In this document: positions 1-8,821 of the stretch, one piece after another
Position numbering within the stretch: the first letter of the stretch is position 1
Layout: every line of letters starts with the position of its first letter
Origin: Pirellulales bacterium
GTDB taxonomy: Bacteria; Planctomycetota; Planctomycetia; Pirellulales; PALSA-1355
DNA length: 64,000 bases
Assembly (NCBI GenBank): GCA_963733035.1
Contig: CAVTBU010000005.1
Location: forward strand, 1,984,001 to 2,048,000
Direction of reading: 5' to 3'
Position numbers and translations under genes: made by a program
Notes under the pieces: generated by a model
Told to the model about the DNA's origin: nothing
The model's database searches: none
What the model saw: the letters and a program-made list of their open reading frames with translations, nothing else

Positions 1-362
1 ATTCCTTTGCGTTCTTGTGCGTCGTGCAGTTGTTGGCTGGCATCGCCTGGGGTGCCTATGAGCTGGCGATGTTCTTACTATTCTTCGAGACGATTCGTCC
101 GCACGAGCGGACCGGCATGCTCACGAACTTTAACTTCGCGCATTCGCTTGCCACGGCCATCGGATCGCTATTCGGCGGGGCGCTGCTATGGGGCCTGGGG
201 AAGAACGCCGAAACCTATCTATTGCTGTTCGCCATCTCGTCGGTCGCCCGAGCGATGAGCCTGGTGCTCTTGTGGCGAGTGCCGACCGCTTCGTGCGCGG
301 AACTGTTGCCGACGGCCGCCGCGAACGTCACGGTGCGACCGGTGCCCAGCCGCGCCGCCTAG
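1..362 (+). CDS. MFS transporter, C-terminal part (truncated by window start)
   Basis: Hydrophobic helices with MFS-like 'FFETIRPHERTGMLTNFNFAHSLATAIGSLFGG'; frame open to the window edge. Confidence 0.7.
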   Translation, partial: SFAFLCVVQLLAGIAWGAYELAMFLLFFETIRPHERTGMLTNFNFAHSLATAIGSLFGGALLWGLGKNAETYLLLFAISSVARAMSLVLLWRVPTASCAELLPTAAANVTVRPVPSRAA

Positions 363-369
363 CCAAGTG

Positions 370-813
370 CTAGAGTGCCAAGCGGTCCATCAGTTCCGGG
401 ACAATGGTCGTGCAGCGAACGATTTCCGACCTCGTTTCGTCAAGCGCTTGTCGCGCACCGGACAGGTCGTTCTGCCGGACAGCGTTTTCCAACGCCTCGG
501 CCCGCGAACGCAGGCACGCCGCCGAGAGGTTTGCAGCCACGCCTTGCAGAGTATGCGCCTCGCGGGCGAGTTCCTGCATGTTGCCCGCTTCGAGTGCCCG
601 CTCCATCGCTGCCAATTGGTCCGCCGAGCGGTTGACGAATTTGTGCAGAATCATGCCACAAAAGGTCGCGTCGTCCAGACACCTTTGCAACAGGTCTAGC
701 AGGTCGATGACCGACTCTTCGCCGGCGACAGAGTTACGCGTGGCGGGTGGAGTTCCAAGGTTGAATTGGTCGCACACCGAGTCCTGCCGCGAAACCACGG
801 TTCTGCTATTCAT
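370..813 (-). CDS. Stand-alone Hpt (histidine phosphotransfer) domain protein
   Basis: 'LAREAHTLQGVAANLSA' matches the Hpt AHxLKGxAxNxGA motif; start placed at ATG 813 (MNSRT...) because the longer track ORF overlaps the next gene. Confidence 0.8.
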   Translation of the reverse strand: MNSRTVVSRQDSVCDQFNLGTPPATRNSVAGEESVIDLLDLLQRCLDDATFCGMILHKFVNRSADQLAAMERALEAGNMQELAREAHTLQGVAANLSAACLRSRAEALENAVRQNDLSGARQALDETRSEIVRCTTIVPELMDRLAL

Positions 814-1062
814 CCTGATTCTTTCACTAGGAAGTTGCGCACTGACGATCGCGGCTTCCGGCCGTTTCGCGCCACGCACGTGCCGTTCCAATGTGAAAAC
901 GTACCACCCCCGGAGTTGCAGTCGCACGGCTTCGAGCGATTCTGCGGGGAATGCCGCGCGGATGTGAATAAATCGCTTGCAGGACATGCGGCTTTCGCCG
1001 CCCGCAGCGAACGGATAAACTGAGTAAATTGCGATCCCATGCTGTTTTGACGCCACATCGCC

Positions 1063-1809
1063 ATGTCTTCGTCCGGCACCTGGTCTGAAGTCGAACTTTC
1101 GGGCCACGCTTGTGAATTCTACGACCCCCCCGAGCGCAATCCACACGGCTACGTCGTCATCTATCTGCACGGCGTGCATTTGAATCGCCTGTGTGACAAG
1201 CCGGCCTTCCTGCGCGAGTTCGATCGACACGGGCTACGCGTCGTCTGCCCGCGCACGGCACGAAGTTGGTGGTCGGACCGCATCTGTGAGGAGTTTGATC
1301 CCCAAATCACGGCCGAGCGGTACTTGACGGATCATGTGCTTGGGTGGATTCGGGACAACTGGCAGGTCGAACCACCGCGCGTGGCGCTGTTGGGAACCAG
1401 CATGGGCGGCCAGGGCGCGCTGCGGATCTCGTTCAAACACCCACAAACGTTTCCGGTGTTAGCGGCCATCTCACCGGCCATCGACTACCATACCCGCATG
1501 GACGAAGGCGACGAGACGTTGCCGGGCATGTATGCCGACAAGGAGGAGGCTCGGCAGGACACGGCCACACTGCACATTCACCCGCTCAATTGGCCCCGGC
1601 ATATGTATTTCGCCTGCGATCCGGCGGACGTCCGTTGGCACGAAAGTGCCGATCGGCTGCGAATGAAGCTGGCGGCACTGGGTGTCCCCTTCGAGGCGGA
1701 CTTGGAAACGAGCGGCGGCGGCCATGGCTTCGAGTACTACAGCCGCATGGCGAAGCCTGCGATTGAGTTCATCGTAAGTCGTCTGGATGGCGAGCGTTTG
1801 CGGGTCTGA
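1063..1809 (+). CDS. Alpha/beta-hydrolase fold esterase
   Basis: YLHG oxyanion region, GTSMGG nucleophile elbow, C-terminal GGHGF His motif. Confidence 0.85.
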   Translation: MSSSGTWSEVELSGHACEFYDPPERNPHGYVVIYLHGVHLNRLCDKPAFLREFDRHGLRVVCPRTARSWWSDRICEEFDPQITAERYLTDHVLGWIRDNWQVEPPRVALLGTSMGGQGALRISFKHPQTFPVLAAISPAIDYHTRMDEGDETLPGMYADKEEARQDTATLHIHPLNWPRHMYFACDPADVRWHESADRLRMKLAALGVPFEADLETSGGGHGFEYYSRMAKPAIEFIVSRLDGERLRV

Positions 1810-1932
1810 CCTGGCACCGCGCGGCACGGTCGTCCGCCGATTCGCCGTTGATGACGTGGTCGATTCGGCCGCCCAGAGAGAACATGCTGGGCGATCGGCT
1901 GCGGTCTGGAGCAGCGATTGCGCTCGGCGGAG

Positions 1933-4778
1933 CTAACCCCTATGGCGCAAGCGAGCGTCAAGAAGCAGATTGAGCAGTTCGTGATCAATCGCCCCTTCCG
2001 CATCCCAGCCGTCGTGCCCGTGGTGGTCGTTTGCCGCGGACTTGATTGCCAGCGCGAAGGCCAGGTCGTGTTCGAATGGGCGGCGGGCGCTTGTGGCCGA
2101 TGGAGTCGCCACAAGCGAAGTGGCGGCGGGGTCGGATGGCGCGACAGAATCACCCGAGGTATTGTCAGTCGAACTGGCGGGTTGCGCCGCGGCGCGGCCG
2201 GCGTGGAAAGATCGATTCGCGTCAGAAATCCGCTATTGGTGCGGGCGATGATCTGATCACTCGCATTGACCAAACCGTTGCGATCGAAGTCGTAGCTGTT
2301 GGACAGTCCGACGCCGAAACCGGGGTTCTGACGAACCGTGATTTCGTCGGCGGCATTGGTAGTGAAAAGCGTTGGCGCCGAATTCACGCCCGTGTCTCCG
2401 ACGAGATTGCCGAAGTAAAATATGTCGGCGGTGGGCAAGCCTGTGTTCGCCGTGGCCATGAGCGTGACTTCAAGCCATTCGTCCTCAATCGCGCCGTCGG
2501 CCCACGTGATTTCGATACGGTCTCCGCCATTCGCTCCAGCACCGGCCCGCACGGACACGGCAAGAGGCGAGGGTGCGGCCGACCACGTTTCAGGTGAGTT
2601 GTTGCTGCCCACGCGGAACGTGAAATCGTTGGCGGTAATTGCGGCGTGTGAGCCCGTGATGTCGACCATCACTCCATTCAGGCCGCGCAGGTAGCTGGAA
2701 ACATTGGAGAACGAAGCAATCCCGCTACCAGCCAGGTAGGCCGTCTTGTCCGGCGCGATGGCCCCATCGTCGGCGGCATTGATTGCAACGTTGCTGCCGT
2801 CGAAGGTCGAATTGTTGTAGAACAGCATTCGCCCCAGCACACCGGCGGTCACGGTAAACGATTCCGCCGCGTTGCCCGCCACATTTCCTGCTGCATCGAT
2901 TACCGGATCGGTGGCACTGGTGAGAACCAGTTGGTAGACGCCCGACAGCGCGGTAATCCCACTCAAGTTGTTGAGCGACCAGTTCATGCCATCGACGGTC
3001 GTGATCGTTTGCGTGCCGGAGAGAAGATTCGCCCCTGCGTCGCGCGTCAGCGACAGCGCTGCGAGATTCAATCCGCTGACCACCTCGTTGAATTGAAGGG
3101 ACACCGACGAGACCGGTGTCGTGCGCGGGTCGGGGGTGACGGCCACGAAGGTGGCTACGGGCGCCGTGGTATCCACGGTAACTGGCAGCGCCGACGTGGC
3201 GTCGGAGAGTCCCTTGCTCGGCTCAACCTGCCGTGCGGTGATGTTGTGCAACCCGTCGGTGAGTGTGTAGGAGCCGCTGGTTGTCACGACGGTCGTAGCG
3301 CCCCCTGCCACCGCCGTTCCGATGAGCGTGCCATCGGCATACACGTTGACGGTGGCTCCAGCGATCGTGCCAGTCACGGTGAACTGCAGCGTCGAGCCAC
3401 CGCTACTGTTGTTGAGCCGGGTCAGATCATCCGAATTGGAAATGCCCGTATCGCTGGCAGCCACGAGGTCTACCGCGGCAGGCGCCGTACTCGCGTCGAC
3501 GAGACTCGCCACGATCAGCGCGCCCTTGGGCGATCCACGGCCGGTGACGGCATCGAAACCGACGCCCGCCGACTGCGGAATCGAGCCGCCGCTGGTTCCG
3601 CTGGTGATATCGTTGAAGTTGCTGGCGGGCATCGAATACAGCTTCGTCATCAGCGAGGTGGTGTCGAACACTGGTAGGCCGACCAGCGTGCGACCTTGGT
3701 TCGCGATGGCAACTAGGGCCGCCCAGGCGGGCGCGGAAAAACTCGTGCCGCCCACTTTGCTCCAGGGCTTATTGGAGGCATTGTTGAACGTATCGTAGAT
3801 TGGTACGCCGGTGCTCGGATTCGCGTCGAAGGCGACGTCAGGCATGACACGCTTGGTCGCACTTTGATTGGCCACGCCGTTCTGCCAGCTTGGTTTCGCT
3901 TCGTACTGGCTGATGCCCCCGCCGCTGCTATGCGTGCCGTCGTTCCAGACCGTCTCATTTAGAATGTTGTTCGAACCATCGAGCGACAGGGTGGTGCCGC
4001 CTACCGCGGTCACGTTGGGTGAGTAAGCTGGGTAGACACCTGGGCCGCCGCTATCGCCGGCCGCACCGAAAAAAGTGACGCCGGTGTGCCCTACGGGCGT
4101 CGTAAAATAGTGGTCGTAGCTGGTCTCTCCGAAGAATTCACTAACACCCCAACTCATTGTGATAACCGACACCGCCGGGACGTTCCGCGCATAGTCAACT
4201 GCGGCGGTCAGGTCCGAAAAGTTGGCACTGTTGGCCTCTACCAACAAAATGCTCGCGCCCGGAGCCAACGCGTGCGCCCACTCCACGTCAAGCGCTGTTT
4301 CGGTGGCCCAACTGCCATTCGTCCCCGTATAGTTCGTCCCGCCATTTTGATCGACTTGCGTGAAGCTGGGAGGAGCGGATAGACCAAAGTAGGCGTCGAA
4401 CGAGGCCAAGTCGGACGCGATATTGGGGTCGTGATACGCGTCAATGATGGCAATCGTTTGCCCGGTGCCATCGCCTTGAATGGTGCCGCCATCGAACGAT
4501 ATCTGGTCGAAACCATAGGCATGCCGAATTTGCGTTGGTGTAAAACCACCCGGTGACGCAGTCCCGACTAACGGTTCGACTGTATCCACCAGCGATAACG
4601 GTGCAGCGACTGGCATCGTCTCGGTCGTCGACCACAGCGCATCCAACGACGAATTGAGCGCGTCGCTGGTCAGCAATCGCCGCTCTTCGAGCGCTTCGCA
4701 GCCCAGATGTCCGTCGCGCAGACGGCGATCATGCTGCCGAGACCTCGTACCGCGACCTTTTTTGTGGGCTAAATTCAT
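1933..4778 (-). CDS. Secreted S53 (sedolisin/kumamolisin-like) serine peptidase with Ig-like domain and planctomycete C-terminal/dockerin-like region; probable frameshift near 2185
   Basis: Leader 'EALEERRLLT'; catalytic motifs ETALDVEW, AAGDSG, GGTSFSAP; 'GFDAVTGRGSP'; Ig-like 'LTDGLHNITARQ...VDTTAP'; 'YDFDRNGLVNASD'. The alternate frame after ~2185 gives a plausible tail ending at TAG 1933-1935. Confidence 0.85.
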
Positions 4779-4883
4779 TCCTGGCGCGCCTACCGAGCCC
4801 ATGCGAGATTTGTCGTGAGCAGAGCCTGTTCCGGATCCGAATGGCCCGGTGGCGCGGGAGATTTCGAGCCAGGCCACAGCTCT

Positions 4884-4913
4884 AGGATAATGAGCGGCGC
4901 CGCCAATTTGCAA
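4884..4913 (-). promoter_or_regulatory. Candidate sigma70 promoter for the S53 peptidase gene
   Basis: Minus strand TTGCAA-18 nt-TATCCT, about 105 nt upstream of ATG 4778. Confidence 0.35.
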
Positions 4914-5177
4914 GGATTCTCCGTGCAAAAATCAACTTTCACGATGGCGGCGGGGCCTCATGACCCTCGCAGACCAGCCAAATAGTCGCCGCCAGTCCCC
5001 ACGCCCCGGTAGTTCGAGTTCGTCGCCACCAGTGCCAACTATTCCCACTTGGCGTTTCGGGAGGATACCCGAATTCCTGGCATCTTCCCCACGAAAGGGG
5101 TGCCAAGACGCCGGCAATTTGGCAAATTGGTCGGCACGAGCCGCTGCCTCTGGCGCACAGCGGGTAAGCGGCATTTA

Positions 5178-5206
5178 TTGACAACCCATTGGAGCGTCGT
5201 TAGTCT
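5178..5206 (+). promoter_or_regulatory. Candidate sigma70 promoter of the pilus locus
   Basis: TTGACA (5178-5183), 17-nt spacer, TAGTCT (5201-5206). Confidence 0.6.
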
Positions 5207-5480
5207 CAAATTAGAACAGAGTTACCACTTTTCTTGCGCATCTGTAAGTCTCGCGCCGCGCTACCGAGTTTTCGCCGGGGGGGGCCGCGTCGCCTGTGGT
5301 CCGAAGGAAGTCGCGTCCGTGGCCCGTCGGGAATCCGGCCAATCGCGTCAAGCCCAGCGGATTGCCGTCGCGACGAACTTGGGAATGCACATCCATTGGG
5401 TAACGGTGCGGCATTGGCTAGTTACCCGCGACGGACCGGGAATCAACAAGTAGGCATTTGCTTCAACATACGGATTCGAC

Positions 5481-7196
5481 ATGGCAGCCAAGAAACTGGA
5501 TTTTGCTGAAATCCTCATCCGCCAGGGTGTTATCTCCGCCGAGCAATTGGCTGAAGCCAAACGTGTCGCCAGAACGTCCGGCAAGAAAGTGCCGGATCAA
5601 CTCGTCGTACTGGGGTATGCCACCGATGACGAAGTGATGCGTGCGATCGCCAAGGAACATGGCCTCGATTTCATCGATCTGAACGAAGTCATGATTCCGC
5701 CGTCGATCGTGGAACTGGTGCCCGAGTCGGTGGCCCGCGAAAACGCGATCTTGCCGATGGCAGAGGAAGATGGCGGACTGAAGGTGATCGTTAGCGATCC
5801 GTTTGATCTGGAAACGTTCGATAAGTTGCGGTTCATTTTGAACCGCAAAGTTGATATCGCGCTTGCGCCGCGGTCCAACATCCTGGAGGCCATCAACCGT
5901 CATTATGGCCAGATGGAGGACCAGAGCGCCGACTCGATGCTCCAGGAATTCACCGATACGGCCATCGATTTCACCGAAACCGAACAGGAAACGACTGGCG
6001 GCTCCGATGAAGTCATCGACGAGAGCAGCGCTCCAATCGTCCGGTTGGTCCAGTTGCTGATCAGCGAGGCGGTGCAACTGCGAGCCTCGGACATCCACGT
6101 CGAACCGTTCGAGGATCGTGTCCGCATCCGCTACCGTATCGACGGCGTGCTGGTCGAGCGCGACAGCCCACCACGCCGCCTGCTCGGCGCACTTCTTTCG
6201 CGCGTGAAGATTCTGGCCAATATCGATATTGCCGAACGGCGACGCCCCCAGGACGGGCGGATCAAGGTGACCCTGGGCGAAAAACAGCTCGACCTGCGAG
6301 TCAGCATCCTGCCGACCAACCATGGTCAGTCGGCGGTCATGCGGGTGCTCGACAAAGACAGCATCCGGGTGGGCGTCAGGCAGTTGGGCCTGTCGGAGAA
6401 CGATTTTCGGCAGTTCAAAAACTTGATCCGGCGACCCAACGGCATCATTCTCGTGACCGGCCCGACCGGCTCGGGCAAGACGACCACGCTGTATGCCGCA
6501 CTTAACGAGCTAAACCGGCCGGACCGGAAAATCATCACGGCCGAAGACCCGGTCGAGTACTACCTGCCGGGAATCAACCAAGTGGAGGTAAGGCACAACA
6601 TCGGGCTGGATTTCGCCAAGATCATTCGGGCCATGTTACGGCAGGCTCCAAACGTTATCCTGGTGGGAGAGATGCGCGACCAAGAGACTGCTCAGATGGG
6701 GATTCAAGCCTCTTTAACTGGACACTTGGTTTTCAGTACACTTCACACGAACAATGCGCCCGGCGCTATTACAAGAATGACCGACATGGGCGTACCTGGG
6801 TATCTGGTTGCCAGTTCCGTAATGGCCGTTTTGGCGCAGCGATTGGTCCGCGTAGTCTGCTCGAAATGCAAACAACCTTTCACGCCCAGCGACGCACAAC
6901 TGGACGCGGCAGGCATCACCCCGGAGATGGCCTCCACGGCCAAATTCATGAAAGGAAAGGGCTGCGGAAATTGCTCGAAATCGGGTTATCGGGGACGTAT
7001 GGGTATCTTCGAATTGATGATGATGACCAACAAGGTCCGCGAAATGGCATTCGCCGGCGCTCCCACTCAGGAGCTGCGCCGCGTCGCTATTTCTCAAGGC
7101 ATGGTACCACTTTACAGCGATGGCATCCGTAAAGTCATGGCCGGCACGACGACGATTGAGGAGGTCTTCCGCGTGTCCAAGCGGGAGGAGGGGTGA
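5481..7196 (+). CDS. pilB: PilB/GspE-family assembly ATPase, copy 1 (degenerate MshEN N-terminus)
   Basis: ASDIHVEP, RRPQDGRI, Walker A GPTGSGKTT, EDPVEY, VGEMRD, TGHLVFSTLHTN, tetracysteine CSKC...CGNC. Confidence 0.93.
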   Translation: MAAKKLDFAEILIRQGVISAEQLAEAKRVARTSGKKVPDQLVVLGYATDDEVMRAIAKEHGLDFIDLNEVMIPPSIVELVPESVARENAILPMAEEDGGLKVIVSDPFDLETFDKLRFILNRKVDIALAPRSNILEAINRHYGQMEDQSADSMLQEFTDTAIDFTETEQETTGGSDEVIDESSAPIVRLVQLLISEAVQLRASDIHVEPFEDRVRIRYRIDGVLVERDSPPRRLLGALLSRVKILANIDIAERRRPQDGRIKVTLGEKQLDLRVSILPTNHGQSAVMRVLDKDSIRVGVRQLGLSENDFRQFKNLIRRPNGIILVTGPTGSGKTTTLYAALNELNRPDRKIITAEDPVEYYLPGINQVEVRHNIGLDFAKIIRAMLRQAPNVILVGEMRDQETAQMGIQASLTGHLVFSTLHTNNAPGAITRMTDMGVPGYLVASSVMAVLAQRLVRVVCSKCKQPFTPSDAQLDAAGITPEMASTAKFMKGKGCGNCSKSGYRGRMGIFELMMMTNKVREMAFAGAPTQELRRVAISQGMVPLYSDGIRKVMAGTTTIEEVFRVSKREEG

Positions 7197-7607
7197 GAGA
7201 TCGCCTCGCAGCGGTTACTAAGGTCACATTGGCAATTAACAACGACGCCCGGCGGGCGGCCGCTGGGAAATCAAACGAACGAAATTGGGTGGAGTTTTTC
7301 GCGCGGAAAGAGGGAGCCAACCACGACCGCAACCAGACTAATAGGGGGAACACCGTCCTTTCCTATTTCCCCCGGCTGGCGGCGCCAAGCCTTGGCGTAT
7401 CGCGGCGGGGGTCCGAATAATCACTTGGCCATTCGGGCTACCCCGTTTTCTGTGGGGGCCTCAAACGGAACAGTGTGCCTTCGGCCGGTCTGGTCTGTAG
7501 CGAAATTTTCTGACGGCGGCGCGACAACATCGCCTGCCGCCCTGAAACCGTGGAGGCATCCTTAACCGCGTCGGAAGTTCAAACGACCGGCGACAGAGGA
7601 TTTAGAA

Positions 7608-8738
7608 GTGGCTACGGAAACGGTACTCATCGACAAGCTCTTGCATGCCGTCGTGCGGCAGGGCGCTAGCGATCTTCACATTACCGTCGGGCAGCCGCCG
7701 GTGATTCGGCACGACGGTCACATGGTCAAGCTCAAGACCAAGGTGCTCGAGCCGGCCGACACACAGTCGCTGATGAAGAGTATCACGCCCGACCGCTGCC
7801 AGCAGGAACTTCAGGCGGTGGGCGGGTCGGACTTCGGCTTCGCGTTTGGCGATTTGGCCCGTTTTCGCGTGTCGATTTTCAAGCAGCGCGGCAATGTCGC
7901 CATGGTGCTGCGGCAGATTCCCAACAAGCTGCTCACGATGGAGCAGCTGGGACTGCCAGCGGCTTGCGAACGGTTGATTCAACGGCCTCGAGGGCTGTTT
8001 CTGGTCACCGGTCCAACCGGTTCCGGCAAGAGCACCTCGCTGGCCAGCATGATCAACTATCTGAACGAGAACTTCGATCATCACATCATCACGATCGAAG
8101 ACCCCATCGAGTTCTATCATCCAAATAAGAAGTCGACGGTCAACCAACGAGAGATCGGGGTCGACGTACCCAGTTTCTCGGAAGCACTGCGGCGCGCGTT
8201 GCGGCAGGATCCGGACATTATCCTGGTGGGCGAGCTGCGAGACTTGCCCACCATCGAAGCGGCGATCAGCGCCGCCGAGACGGGGCACGTCGTGTTTGGA
8301 ACGCTGCACACCACGGGCGCCCAGGGCACGGTCAACCGCATCATCGACGTGTTCCCCACGACCCAGCAGGACCAGATTCGCACGCAGCTTTCCACATCGA
8401 TCATCGGCGTGCTCTCGCAGACGCTCATCCCTCGAATTGGCGGCGGGCGCTGCGCCGCTCACGAGCTGCTGGTATGCAATTCGGCCATCGGCAACCTGAT
8501 TCGCGAGAATAAGACCTTCCGCATCACCTCGGCCATTCAAACGGGCGCCAAGCAGGGCATGATCCTGCTCGACGACGCGCTGTTTCGGCTGTGGAAAGAA
8601 CAGAAGTGCACGAAACAAGACTTGCTGGCCAAGGCCGCCTCGCCCGATGAATTGGCCGCCCGCATCGCCAATGCCGAGCGGGGCATGTTCGACGAGGAAG
8701 ACGGGGAGAAGGGAGACGGAGAGGGCAAGAAGAAATAG
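7608..8738 (+). CDS. pilT: PilT retraction ATPase
   Basis: GASDLH, GPTGSGKST, TIEDPIEF, ALRQDPD, AETGHVVFGTLHT, AIGNLIRE (AIRNLIRE-like); GTG start after AGAGGA. Confidence 0.93.
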   Translation: MATETVLIDKLLHAVVRQGASDLHITVGQPPVIRHDGHMVKLKTKVLEPADTQSLMKSITPDRCQQELQAVGGSDFGFAFGDLARFRVSIFKQRGNVAMVLRQIPNKLLTMEQLGLPAACERLIQRPRGLFLVTGPTGSGKSTSLASMINYLNENFDHHIITIEDPIEFYHPNKKSTVNQREIGVDVPSFSEALRRALRQDPDIILVGELRDLPTIEAAISAAETGHVVFGTLHTTGAQGTVNRIIDVFPTTQQDQIRTQLSTSIIGVLSQTLIPRIGGGRCAAHELLVCNSAIGNLIRENKTFRITSAIQTGAKQGMILLDDALFRLWKEQKCTKQDLLAKAASPDELAARIANAERGMFDEEDGEKGDGEGKKK

Positions 8739-8821
8739 TCGGTATTCACGACCCGCGCGGCACGGCAACAAATCACGATACACAGCACCGCATAGCAACA
8801 ACTCAATAGGCGTGACTTTCC

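Noticed and set aside
1737..1932. Track C-terminus of the S53 ORF overlapping the esterase
   Set aside because: Artefact of the ~2185 frameshift; the alternate frame stops at 1933
7197..7607. 410-bp pilB1-pilT intergenic region as an sRNA or small gene
   Set aside because: Short ORFs lack RBS or motif support and I found no convincing structure; probably a promoter region
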